Positions 1 to 9,810 of a DNA stretch of 32,000 nucleotides are shown piece by piece. Position 1 is the stretch's first letter, and the number at the start of each line of letters is the position of its first letter. The position numbers were made by a program, and so were the translations under genes. Under the pieces are notes generated by a model. The model saw nothing but the letters and a program-made list of their open reading frames with translations. It ran no database searches and was not told the DNA's origin. The DNA is from Cyclobacteriaceae bacterium (GTDB taxonomy: Bacteria; Bacteroidota; Bacteroidia; Cytophagales; Cyclobacteriaceae). The DNA is taken from contig JAEUUA010000009.1 of NCBI GenBank assembly GCA_016787755.1, forward strand, positions 21,263 to 53,262, in the 5' to 3' direction.

Positions 1-1
1 T

Positions 2-733
2 TCTGAAGAAACAGGAATGAAGTTAGAAGATGCTAAACTTGAATATTTAGGTCGTGCTGAAAAAATCACAATCGACAAGGATAATACAACCGTTGTAAAT
101 GGTGCTGGTAAAAAATCTGAAATCCAGGGTCGTGTAAACCAAATCAAATCTCAGATTGAATCTACTACTTCCGATTACGATAAAGAAAAATTACAAGAGC
201 GCTTGGCTAAGCTTTCGGGTGGTGTTGCTATCCTTTACATAGGGGCTGCTACTGAAGTGGAAATGAAAGAGAAGAAAGACCGTGTTGATGATGCCTTGCA
301 TGCTACCCGTGCTGCTGTTCAGGAAGGAATTATCGCAGGGGGTGGTGTGGCTTACATCCGCGCTATTGATGCCCTTAAAGATTTACCAACTGATAACGAA
401 GATCAAACTACGGGTGTAAACATAGTGCGTCTGGCGCTTGAATCTCCTTTAAGAACGATCGCTGAAAATGCAGGTCAGGAAGGTTCAGTAATCGTGAATA
501 AAGTACGCGATGGCAAAAAAGATTTCGGATACAATGCACGCGATAATAAGTTCGAAGATTTCTTTGCCGCGGGTATTATCGATCCCACTAAGGTGGCTCG
601 TTTAGCCCTTGAAAATGCAGCCTCTATCGCTGGGTTGTTATTAACAACCGAAGCAGTTGTTTCTGACATTGCTGAAGAGAAAGAGATGCCAGCCATGCCA
701 CATGGTGGCGGTGGAATGGGCGGAATGATGTAA
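2..733 (+). CDS. groL: Chaperonin GroEL, C-terminal ~243 aa (5' end cut by window edge)
   Basis: The reading frame is open from position 2 ([19 protein letters not shown]...). It carries conserved GroEL equatorial-domain sequence (AAVEEGIxxGGG-like [12 protein letters not shown], DPTKVxRxALxNAAS) and the typical GGM tail [12 protein letters not shown]. Confidence 0.95.
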   Translation, partial: SEETGMKLEDAKLEYLGRAEKITIDKDNTTVVNGAGKKSEIQGRVNQIKSQIESTTSDYDKEKLQERLAKLSGGVAILYIGAATEVEMKEKKDRVDDALHATRAAVQEGIIAGGGVAYIRAIDALKDLPTDNEDQTTGVNIVRLALESPLRTIAENAGQEGSVIVNKVRDGKKDFGYNARDNKFEDFFAAGIIDPTKVARLALENAASIAGLLLTTEAVVSDIAEEKEMPAMPHGGGGMGGMM

Positions 734-754
734 TCTTCAAGATTCCAATAAAAA

Positions 755-788
755 AAGGCTTTGCATCATATGCAAAGCCTTTTTTCTT
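755..788 (+). terminator. Rho-independent terminator downstream of groEL
   Basis: A perfect 10-bp stem AGGCTTTGCA (756-765) / TGCAAAGCCT (771-780) with loop TCATA is followed by TTTTT. It lies 22 nt after the groEL stop. Confidence 0.8.
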
Positions 789-817
789 TATCTTTAAGTC
801 AGTCTTAATTGTTCATT

Positions 818-1189
818 ATGGTAATTCATAAAACCTTCAGCGACTTTATTTTGTATTTGTTTGTGCACATGGCGTATGCCGATGGTGACCTGCACCCTGC
901 AGAAGAAAAAGCTATTCTCGAAAAAATGAACAGGCATTTCCCTATTGAAGGGGATCATAAAATAAAATTTGACCAGGAAGTTGTCACCTATCAAAAAATT
1001 GAACCTTCAAAGCATCACAGCATCATCAAAGAGTCTTTCAAGCATTTTGATCACATTAAGTTTTCGCAACGCTATCGGATCTATGCCGATATGTACGACA
1101 TAATCCAGGCTGATGGTAAGGTTGAAGCATCTGAAACGAAAGCCATTAATGAGTTGAAGCAAATCATTGACATGATTGTTGATAAGTAA
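818..1189 (+). CDS. TerB-like (tellurite-resistance TerB / DjlA N-terminal-like) small protein
   Basis: There are two ADG-x-(L/V)-x-x-x-E motifs (YADGDLHPAEEKAIL, QADGKVEASETKAINEL) typical of the TerB fold. The ATG at 818 is preferred over the TTG at 809 in the ORF track. Confidence 0.6.
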   Translation: MVIHKTFSDFILYLFVHMAYADGDLHPAEEKAILEKMNRHFPIEGDHKIKFDQEVVTYQKIEPSKHHSIIKESFKHFDHIKFSQRYRIYADMYDIIQADGKVEASETKAINELKQIIDMIVDK

Positions 1190-1258
1190 GTCAGTTGCAG
1201 CTATCTCAAAGTAAAGTGTAGGCAGTAATCGGTAATCAGTTCAATCAAATATCTAGCA

Positions 1259-3313
1259 TCACCCTTCATTTTCTTTCTTAATACCAATTCTGTAAAGCAT
1301 AACGCCCATAGCAGTAAAGAAAGCTACCCCTAACAAATTATACCCAATTGCTCCAAACGCAGTAGTCAAGCCATGCTCGGCACTGATAGATTTAAGTCCT
1401 TCAAAAACATTATCATTTACCGAAAGTAAGGCTACAACCACTCCGGCCAAGGCTCCACCGGCAATCAAACCTGTGGCAAACAAACTGCCCCTACCCAATT
1501 CTTCATCTTGTTTTGCTTCTCCTTTCTTTTCAGCCCGCCAATCAATTACACCCTTAATAGCTCCACCAATAAAAATGGGCAATGTAGTTGCCAGCGGTAA
1601 GTAAAGACCAATCGCAAAAGCCAATGCTTTAATTCCACAAAGCTCAATCATAACCGCGATAAAGACACCCACCATCACAAACTGCCAATCAAGGTTATAC
1701 GATAAAATACCTCTTGCCAGGGTAGCCATTAATGTGGCCTGGGGTGCGGGGTATCGTTCACTACCGATCGCATGCGTAATCCCTTGTGCCATCATATCTG
1801 CGGTAGGCGTGTCTAATACTTTAACAACAATACCTATTGCTACTGATGACACGATTGCTCCAATAAACAATGCGAGTTGTTGATATTTAGGTGTTGCCCC
1901 AACAATATATCCTGATTTTAAATCTTGTGATGTGGCACCCGCATTGGCCGCAGCAATACAAATCATTCCGCCTACTACAAGCGCGAGAGGTTCATACAGT
2001 TTCCCACTCCATCCAACGGCCGTAAAAATTAAACACGTTCCCATAAGTGTTGCAATCGTCATTCCGGAAATTGGGCTATTGCTCGAACCAACCAGACCAA
2101 CAATCCGGCTGGCAACAGTGACAAAGAAAAATCCGAAAATGATAATAAGAATTCCAATCAATACCTTTTGGAGAAAGCCATCACCAGGAATACCCGGTAA
2201 CACGGTCATCAAGGTAACGAGAACAATACTGCCAATAATCACAACCTTGAATGAAAGATCGCGATCAGTCCTTGTTACAGTAACTTCACTTTTCTCTTTG
2301 AGGGATGCAATGCTATCCCGAAAGGAACTAACAATGGTGGGCATTGTCTTCATCAATGTAATAAATCCACCAGCCGCAACCGCCCCAGCACCAATCTGAC
2401 GGATGTAGGCAAAGTACAATGCAGATGCGGGATTCGCGAAAGTCTTCAAAGCAGGATTCCAACCACCTTTACCACCGGCCACATTACTATCTGCCAGATA
2501 ACCAATTTTCACTAACTGTATTGCCACCAGGGTGGGATCAACAAGGGTGGATAACAATGGAATAATAGCCCACCAGGCTAATACAGATCCTGCTACCAAT
2601 ACACCACCAATCTTTGGTCCGATGATATACCCTACCCCCATATATTCAGGGGTGATTTCGCCATTGATCGTGGCGGAAGGCCAAAACTTATTTACCTGAC
2701 TGGTGACAAACGCGGGAGCCTCTGATATCACATGAAAAACTTTTTGAAGGATTGCATAGAGCATTGCTATTCCCATTCCTATAAAAGCTGTTTGAGCAAA
2801 CACGCCTCCCTTTTCACCGGCCTGCAACACCGAACCGCAGGCCGTTCCTTCCGGATACGGTAATGTATCGTGTTCTTTTACAATCAATGATCTCCGTAAC
2901 GGAATCATCATGAGCGTACCTAACATCCCACCAAAGGCAGCGAGGATAAGTATCGTTAAATAGTTAAAGTATCCTTCGCCTACACTCACACCGTTTTCTC
3001 CGGGTGAGAGAAACAAAAAACCCGGTAAGGTAAACACAACACCTGCTGCTATCGATTCACCTGCAGAACCAGCTGTTTGAATAATGTTGTTTTCGAGAAT
3101 GGTGGTCTTCAAAAATTTTCTACCAAGAGTAATGGCAATTACTGCAATGGGTATTGATGCTGAAACGGTTAGTCCTGCTTTTAGCGCGAGATAAACGGTA
3201 GAGCATCCGAACAACACCCCAAACAAAGCACCGAACACAACAGATTTTACTGTGAATTCAGCAATGTTTTCCTCCGCAGCGATGTAGGGTTTGAACTTTT
3301 TCAGTGTTTCCAT
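1259..3313 (-). CDS. OPT-family oligopeptide transporter
   Basis: 684-aa polytopic membrane protein. The N-terminal region (EFTVKSVVFGALFGVLFGCSTVYLALKAGLTVSASIP, GESIAAGVVFTLPG) matches the bacterial OPT superfamily. Confidence 0.85.
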   Translation of the reverse strand: METLKKFKPYIAAEENIAEFTVKSVVFGALFGVLFGCSTVYLALKAGLTVSASIPIAVIAITLGRKFLKTTILENNIIQTAGSAGESIAAGVVFTLPGFLFLSPGENGVSVGEGYFNYLTILILAAFGGMLGTLMMIPLRRSLIVKEHDTLPYPEGTACGSVLQAGEKGGVFAQTAFIGMGIAMLYAILQKVFHVISEAPAFVTSQVNKFWPSATINGEITPEYMGVGYIIGPKIGGVLVAGSVLAWWAIIPLLSTLVDPTLVAIQLVKIGYLADSNVAGGKGGWNPALKTFANPASALYFAYIRQIGAGAVAAGGFITLMKTMPTIVSSFRDSIASLKEKSEVTVTRTDRDLSFKVVIIGSIVLVTLMTVLPGIPGDGFLQKVLIGILIIIFGFFFVTVASRIVGLVGSSNSPISGMTIATLMGTCLIFTAVGWSGKLYEPLALVVGGMICIAAANAGATSQDLKSGYIVGATPKYQQLALFIGAIVSSVAIGIVVKVLDTPTADMMAQGITHAIGSERYPAPQATLMATLARGILSYNLDWQFVMVGVFIAVMIELCGIKALAFAIGLYLPLATTLPIFIGGAIKGVIDWRAEKKGEAKQDEELGRGSLFATGLIAGGALAGVVVALLSVNDNVFEGLKSISAEHGLTTAFGAIGYNLLGVAFFTAMGVMLYRIGIKKENEG

Positions 3314-3344
3314 GCAATGAAGTTTTAGTTTTCAGACTTAAATT

Positions 3345-4844
3345 TTAGTGAATGTCGCCCATTAATTTTTTAAGGGGTTTATTGAATAGCCAGATAATTA
3401 TTCCAGAAACAATCATCACGCTAACAACACCTTGAAAAAGATCAACCAAAAGTTGAGGGTTGGTTGTAATTGAAGTCTCATCAAATTCACCAGAGAATAG
3501 ACCAGCCACAAGATTACCGAGGGCAAGAGACATAAACCAAACGCCCATCATCTGACCAACCAGTCTTTTGGGTGAGAGTTTTGACACTGCACTCAACCCA
3601 ATTGGGTAAAGACATATTTCGCCAAACGTGTGAAAGATATAAGTGAAAATAAGCCACGTAGGGAGGGCTTTGCTACCGGAAACAATAATCATTGAGCCAC
3701 CCATCATTACCGCATAGCCAAGCCCCATGAAGATAAGACCCAACGAAAGTTTTTTAGGCGTAGAAGGATTTAGATTGCGTTTCGATAGCCAAACCCAAAG
3801 CCATGCAAACAAGGGTACAAAGATGACGACCGAAGCCGCAGGCACAACTTGAAACCAGCCTGCGGGAAACTCGAAAGATCCTATAAAACGGTCTGTATAG
3901 CGATCAGCAAAGATGGTGAGCGAAGATCCTTGTTGCTCGTAACCAAAGTAAAACATGGCTGAGGCTAAGAAAAATATCGCAATCGCTTTTATTTTATTCT
4001 TTTCGCTTTTGTCAAGCTTTTCGAAAAGCAAAATGTATCCAAAATAGAGCACTACACTTCCCCCGATGGCATACACAGAAGCGGTCGCAATTGTAACCGG
4101 ATTGATAGTAATTACTCTGGTTAATAAAAGCGCTATAAATGAAATGAGTAGCACAGCAAAAATCAATAATCCAACTATAAAATTCTTTTCTCTTTTACTC
4201 TGAAGAATGGGGTCAGCTAATTTATTGGGTTCGAGCCCGGCAAGTCCAAGATTTTTTTCAGTTAACTTGTATTGAATAACCCCCAGCAACATTCCAATGC
4301 CTGCAGCCGCAAATCCATAATGCCAGTTGATAGTCTCTCCCAAATAACTTGTAATGATGGGTGCCAGGGTGGCACCAATGTTAATTCCAAGATAAAAAAT
4401 AGAGAATCCTGAATCTCGTCTGGCTTGCTCGCTAGAAGAGTATAATTCACCCACAAGGCTGCTTATATTGGGTTTCAGCAGGCCAGTACCCATCACAATA
4501 AGTAGCAAACCAATAAAAAATGTTTCTGTAAAAGGAAACGCAAGACAAAAATGACCTGCCGTAATTAAACACCCTCCATAAAATACCGATTTACGCAATC
4601 CAAAAAATTTATCAGCTAGCCAACCTCCCGGTAATGCCAGCAAATAAACAAACATGGTGTAGAGGCCATAGATTGCACCACCCGTTTTTACATCAATGCC
4701 CATCCCTCCTTCTTCAACCGAAGCCAGCATAAACAACAATAACAATGCCCGCATGCCGTAGTAGCTGAAACGCTCCCACATTTCAGTGAAGAAAAGAGTA
4801 GCAAGCCCGCGTGGGTGACCAAAGAATGTTTTACTTGAACTCAT
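3345..4844 (-). CDS. POT/PTR2-family proton-dependent di/tripeptide transporter (DtpT-like)
   Basis: PTR2 signature at the N-terminus (FGHPRGLATLFFTEMWERFSYYGMRALLLLFM). 499-aa MFS-type topology. Confidence 0.9.
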   Translation of the reverse strand: MSSSKTFFGHPRGLATLFFTEMWERFSYYGMRALLLLFMLASVEEGGMGIDVKTGGAIYGLYTMFVYLLALPGGWLADKFFGLRKSVFYGGCLITAGHFCLAFPFTETFFIGLLLIVMGTGLLKPNISSLVGELYSSSEQARRDSGFSIFYLGINIGATLAPIITSYLGETINWHYGFAAAGIGMLLGVIQYKLTEKNLGLAGLEPNKLADPILQSKREKNFIVGLLIFAVLLISFIALLLTRVITINPVTIATASVYAIGGSVVLYFGYILLFEKLDKSEKNKIKAIAIFFLASAMFYFGYEQQGSSLTIFADRYTDRFIGSFEFPAGWFQVVPAASVVIFVPLFAWLWVWLSKRNLNPSTPKKLSLGLIFMGLGYAVMMGGSMIIVSGSKALPTWLIFTYIFHTFGEICLYPIGLSAVSKLSPKRLVGQMMGVWFMSLALGNLVAGLFSGEFDETSITTNPQLLVDLFQGVVSVMIVSGIIIWLFNKPLKKLMGDIH

Positions 4845-4932
4845 AGTCGGATTCTATGCCGACCAAAGTATGAGTATTAATTCACTTAACCAACTGGGTT
4901 TTGATGGAGAAATAATTGAGTTTCACTACGCC

Positions 4933-7359
4933 TTATTCTGATCGCAACGACTCAACCGGATTTGCCAAGGCAGATTTTATCGTTTTGAAACTCATGGTAA
5001 AGAAAGCAATAAGCAATGTTGTTACCCCTGCTAAAGCAAACACCCACCCTTGGATTTCTATCTTATAAGCAAAATCCTGAAGCCATTGATCCATCATGTA
5101 ATACCCGAGTGGAAAGGCAATCACGAATGAAATTGCTACAAGAATAATTAAATCCTTTGACAGCAAGGTTACAATCTCGGTAACATTGGCCCCCAGCACT
5201 TTTCGAACGCCAATTTCTTTTATACGCTGCTCGGCAGTGAACGTTACAAGTCCGAATAATCCGAGGCAAGCAACAAAAATGGTGAGCATTCCAAATATCT
5301 TTAAGATACTGCCCATCTTCTGTTCCCTTACATAGGTCTCATTATAAAGTTCATCTAACAAACCATAAGAGAAGGGCTCTTCCACTTGAAACGATTTCCA
5401 TTTGTTTTCAATACTCGCTATAAGACCAGCCATATCTTTAGTTTTACCTTTAACGATAAGGCCACCATACGGATTGTTAAGCATGATTAACGGGGCAATG
5501 GTTTCGTGGAGTGATTTAAAATGAAAATCTTTTACAACACCAATTATGGTAAGTGTTTTTTTTCTGTCATTACCTGCGTTTGCGGTTAACGTTTGACCAA
5601 GTGGATTGTCCTCTAATCCAAAAATCTTAATAGCTGTTTCATTTACGATCACATTCAGCGAATCACTTCCAAGCTTATGTGAAAAATTCCTTCCCGCCAC
5701 TAACTCCATTCCCATAGTAGGGATGTATTGGGCATCAACCTGATAAAAAATTGTTCTTCGTACCTCTTCATGTCGCTGACCCGGATAAACTCCAGTTATG
5801 TTATTATCGGTTGGCCCTGCAGGCACAAATGCAGACATGGTAACGCTCTGCACGCGTGGATCCGTTAAGATTTGATTCTTAAATGCATTCTCATTAGTCC
5901 CTAGTAATCTGGAATCTCTGAGCACAAGTAATTGATCCCTGTCATACCCAAGCTCTTTATTTTGAATGTAGGACATCTGCTGATTAACAACAATAATCGC
6001 CAGAATAAGGGAAGCAGAGATTACAAATTGAAATACAACCAAGCCACTGCGTATGCCTTTGCTCCTGCCACCGCTTACAACCTTATTCTTTAAAGCAGAA
6101 ATAGGTTTAATAGAAGAAAGAAAAAATGCAGGATAACTTCCGGCCAACAATGTGATTACGATGGCAAGAATTAGCAAAGAAATTAGCACGTTGGAATTTA
6201 ATAAAAAGGCAGCCTCCAACCCTTTACCAGACAGTTGATTGAAAAAAGGTAGCGCTATTATAACCAGCACCACTGCTAACACCATGGATACTGCTGTAGA
6301 AATAAATGATTCCGTTAGAAACTGTTGAACCAGTTGATTCTTCCTCGAACCCAATACTTTCTTTACACCCACTTCTTTATTGCGTTTGGTGGCTCCGGCT
6401 GTAGAAAGGTTCATGAAATTTATACAGGCAATCAGCAGCATGAACAACGCTACGGCTCCAAAAATGTAAACTGATTTCAAATCACCCCCGGCTTCCAATT
6501 CACTCTGACTCGCAAAGTCAGAATGCAGATGAATGTCTGTTAAGGGCTGAATAAAAATTCCAATCTCGTTTCCATTCGCTTTGAATTTCTCAAAACTCAT
6601 TCCCATTTGTTCTACCTGCGGCCCCATGTATTTTTTTATGATGGCCGGCAACTTGTTCTCAAATTCCTTTTGATCGGTGCCTTCAGCAAGTACCAGGTAA
6701 TTAAAATAATTTGACTCCATCCAATTATTCTCTTTTGCATGAGCTAATCCTTCCATGGATGCAAAAAGATCAAAATGAAAATGAGAGTTTGCAGGAACTT
6801 TTTCTATTACTCCCGTTACTTTATATTGTTCTTTGGCATCCGTAAATTCCAACATCTTATTGATGGGATCTTCCTCCCCAAAGTATTTGTGTGCCTGCTC
6901 TTTGGTGATTATGATAGTATTTGGCTCTGTCAATGCTGTTGAAGGATTTCCTTGAATTAAGGGAAGCGTGAACACCTCAAAAAAGTTTGGATCGACAAAC
7001 GCAACTTTGCTATTCTTAAATGCGGTGTTTTTATAGGATATTTTTGGGGAGCCCATGCTGCGTAAGCGGGTTGCTTGCAGTACCTCAGGAAATTCTGCTT
7101 CAAGCGTGGCTGCAACAGGGGCTGCTGTAACAGCTTCTTTAATTACCTCACCGTTTACTTTGCCTTTCAACACTACGCGCACCATTTGATCCGCCTTTTC
7201 ATTGAAGCGATCAAAACTAAGTTCATCTACAACAAACAGCATAATGATCAGGCAAGTCGCTATCCCTATGGCAAGTCCGGCTATATTAATGGCAAACAGT
7301 CCCTGGCTCTTTAATAAATTACGCCAGGCAACTTTGAGGTAACTTTTATACATAATCAA
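4933..7359 (-). CDS. ABC transporter permease, FtsX/MacB-like with two permease modules
   Basis: 808 aa. The N-terminus YLKVAWRNLLKSQGLFAINIAGLAIG is typical of Bacteroidota FtsX-family permeases. There are large periplasmic domains and two 4-TM FtsX-like blocks. No ATPase gene is adjacent. Confidence 0.85.
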   Translation of the reverse strand: MIMYKSYLKVAWRNLLKSQGLFAINIAGLAIGIATCLIIMLFVVDELSFDRFNEKADQMVRVVLKGKVNGEVIKEAVTAAPVAATLEAEFPEVLQATRLRSMGSPKISYKNTAFKNSKVAFVDPNFFEVFTLPLIQGNPSTALTEPNTIIITKEQAHKYFGEEDPINKMLEFTDAKEQYKVTGVIEKVPANSHFHFDLFASMEGLAHAKENNWMESNYFNYLVLAEGTDQKEFENKLPAIIKKYMGPQVEQMGMSFEKFKANGNEIGIFIQPLTDIHLHSDFASQSELEAGGDLKSVYIFGAVALFMLLIACINFMNLSTAGATKRNKEVGVKKVLGSRKNQLVQQFLTESFISTAVSMVLAVVLVIIALPFFNQLSGKGLEAAFLLNSNVLISLLILAIVITLLAGSYPAFFLSSIKPISALKNKVVSGGRSKGIRSGLVVFQFVISASLILAIIVVNQQMSYIQNKELGYDRDQLLVLRDSRLLGTNENAFKNQILTDPRVQSVTMSAFVPAGPTDNNITGVYPGQRHEEVRRTIFYQVDAQYIPTMGMELVAGRNFSHKLGSDSLNVIVNETAIKIFGLEDNPLGQTLTANAGNDRKKTLTIIGVVKDFHFKSLHETIAPLIMLNNPYGGLIVKGKTKDMAGLIASIENKWKSFQVEEPFSYGLLDELYNETYVREQKMGSILKIFGMLTIFVACLGLFGLVTFTAEQRIKEIGVRKVLGANVTEIVTLLSKDLIILVAISFVIAFPLGYYMMDQWLQDFAYKIEIQGWVFALAGVTTLLIAFFTMSFKTIKSALANPVESLRSE

Positions 7360-7560
7360 AGTTTACGGTTGCCCACTCATTGTAATAACTATGCCACTTA
7401 AATAAACCTTTAATTCTGTCTTAAATACATGTATCTATGTATAAGGATGTACACAAGCGAACAGGTGTGATCGAAATAGATCAAGAATGAATTTGAAAAA
7501 TAGCAACCATCAACCAGCCGTTGGTTGTAAAGAACTTGTTAAGGAATGAATGTGTAAAAG

Positions 7561-8082
7561 TTATCTTCCAAAATCATCCTGAAGTCTTACAATATCATTT
7601 TCATCTGACGGATTTTGGGCATCCGTATGTTGCCAGATTTCTGCCACCATTCCCCACCCATCACGCCCTACCAATCGATGACGCTGACCTTGTGCCAAAC
7701 GAACGATCTCTCCTGGTTTCATTTGCTGAACATCGCCTTGATCATCCGTTTTGCTAATGACAACACCCGAAGTACCCGCTACCAGTTTCCAGATTTCTGC
7801 GCGCCTGTGATGGTATTGCCACGATAGTCGCTTGTGGGGCTCAACCACTAATATTTTAGGACTAAGCTTATTGCTGATCTTGAGTGATTTAAAATCCACT
7901 TCACCAAAAAACTTCTTAGCAAACTTCTCTGCCTGATTTTCATCTAAAACAAAAAAACCGCCCCAGGGACGAGTAAAGTCTTTTGCCGCGATTGTGAAAC
8001 CTTCCTCCGCTAAATACTTGCTAATTGATTCGAATACAGATTCTCTGTTTCCTTTCAGCGACACCGATGTTATTTCATTCAT
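7561..8082 (-). CDS. Cupin-domain protein (mannose-6-phosphate isomerase type II C-terminal cupin-like)
   Basis: The core LSWQYHHRRAEIWKLVAGTSGV...PGEIVRLAQGQRHRL resembles the type II PMI cupin motif (SxQxHxxRxExW...G..HR). Confidence 0.65.
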   Translation of the reverse strand: MNEITSVSLKGNRESVFESISKYLAEEGFTIAAKDFTRPWGGFFVLDENQAEKFAKKFFGEVDFKSLKISNKLSPKILVVEPHKRLSWQYHHRRAEIWKLVAGTSGVVISKTDDQGDVQQMKPGEIVRLAQGQRHRLVGRDGWGMVAEIWQHTDAQNPSDENDIVRLQDDFGR

Positions 8083-8316
8083 GGTGGAAATTTAGATATA
8101 ACCATCCATACTAAAAACATCTTATTCTTTTTAAACCACAAAGGCACAAAGTCACCAAGTTGAACGAAGTAGAAAGTATGGTGAGGTGTTTTAACACCTT
8201 GCTTTTGCTTAAACCAAGTACTACATCAACTTATAAGATTTAATAAAGTTCCGAAGCACTTTTTATAAACGGATTGCGATTGCCTCTTAATTGATTTACT
8301 TTTCGCTTTCCATTTT

Positions 8317-9804
8317 ATGAATCAACACGAACCTTCAGGAAAACTTACTCGCCAAATGGGATTGGTGGGCCTGGCCGCCACCGGTATTTGTTCTATGATC
8401 GGTGCCTCCATCTACGTGGTTCCGTTTATGATTCAACGAAACGTGCCCGGTATTGGACCGTATGTACTACCCGCATTTTTATTTGCTGCCATTCCCGCTA
8501 CGTTGGCCGCGTTTGCTTACATCATTTTGGCTTCGGCTATGCCGCGCGCTGGCGGAAGTTATATTTATGCAAGTCGTGCCTTAAATCCATACCTCGGGTT
8601 TATCGCCAGCTTCTCACAATGGTTTGGATTATCAATTGCCATTGGTGTCGTGTCGTATGTAATCGTACCCTTTCTTCGCGATGTAGCAACAACCCTGCAT
8701 TGGAATGATCTTGCAACCTGGCTCAATGAAGGATTTATTCGGGTTTCCTTATCCCTGTTAATTCTTTGGACGTTTGTCATCATTAATATCCGGGGTATAA
8801 AACTCTATGAGCGCACCGTTGTTCCCTTAATGTTTCTAATGTTTGGCCTGGGGGCGATTGTGATTGTTGCCGGGTTAATTTTTAATCAACAGGATTTCGC
8901 GGAAGCAGTTTTAATTCGGGATAAGAAGGTTATTCCTGAAACGATGGCCATTTTCAATTGGAAAACTTTTCTGGCAGGTTCAGCCTTATTGTTCTCAAGC
9001 TTTATTGGGTTCGATTCGATTGCGCAAGCGGGTGGCGAAGCCAAAGATCCTGCCCGATCCCTTCCTCGTGCCATCGGGATTGCCATTTTGGTAGTCAGTT
9101 CATTTTATATTCTTTTCACGCTTGCCGTTTATCACACAGTGCCCTGGAGTTTTGTAGCACAAGAATCGTTGATAAAAGATATTACAGCCCCCGGGTTGTT
9201 AAGCTATGTGCTTCCTTCGGGGTGGGCTGTTCCAATTGTATTGGGGGCAGCTATTGCGCTAACAAATGATTTGCCCGCCATGATCTTGTCCGTTTCACGA
9301 CTCATGTTTTCGTGGGCAGAGGATGGGATTTTCCCAAAACAAATTTCACTAATACACCCAACACTTCACACACCACATATTGCGATTCTGCTTAGCGGGC
9401 TAATGGCCAGTATAGGAATTTTAGGAAGTCACTTCGCTGGTGATTTCTTTTTGGGTATCGATATCATGGTAACTTCCATGCTGGTGAATTTTTTGTTGAT
9501 GTGTATCTCGGTACTCGTCCTTCCAAAAACAAATCCAGCCATCGCCAAAGAAATAAAAGTCTTCAAATCGAATGCGCTACAAAAAACACTAGCAATCACC
9601 GGATCACTCTGGCTTTTTGGATTTTTGATCATTCACATCACTAAAGATCTTTCCGCTTCAGCCGATGCCTGGTATTTTCACTCTACTCCTGTTTGGTTGC
9701 TGGTAATGGCAACCGCTTCCGCAATTTTCTATTATTATTGGACTCGATTAAAAAAATCAGGCGTAAATACTAAAAAGCTTTTCTCAACCTTACCAGCAGA
9801 ATAA
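8317..9804 (+). CDS. APC-family amino acid permease
   Basis: 495 aa with about 12 predicted TM segments. The N-terminal GLVGLAATGICSMIGASIYVVP and MPRAGGSYIYASRAL motifs are typical of APC transporters. Confidence 0.85.
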   Translation: MNQHEPSGKLTRQMGLVGLAATGICSMIGASIYVVPFMIQRNVPGIGPYVLPAFLFAAIPATLAAFAYIILASAMPRAGGSYIYASRALNPYLGFIASFSQWFGLSIAIGVVSYVIVPFLRDVATTLHWNDLATWLNEGFIRVSLSLLILWTFVIINIRGIKLYERTVVPLMFLMFGLGAIVIVAGLIFNQQDFAEAVLIRDKKVIPETMAIFNWKTFLAGSALLFSSFIGFDSIAQAGGEAKDPARSLPRAIGIAILVVSSFYILFTLAVYHTVPWSFVAQESLIKDITAPGLLSYVLPSGWAVPIVLGAAIALTNDLPAMILSVSRLMFSWAEDGIFPKQISLIHPTLHTPHIAILLSGLMASIGILGSHFAGDFFLGIDIMVTSMLVNFLLMCISVLVLPKTNPAIAKEIKVFKSNALQKTLAITGSLWLFGFLIIHITKDLSASADAWYFHSTPVWLLVMATASAIFYYYWTRLKKSGVNTKKLFSTLPAE

Positions 9805-9810
9805 TTAGAT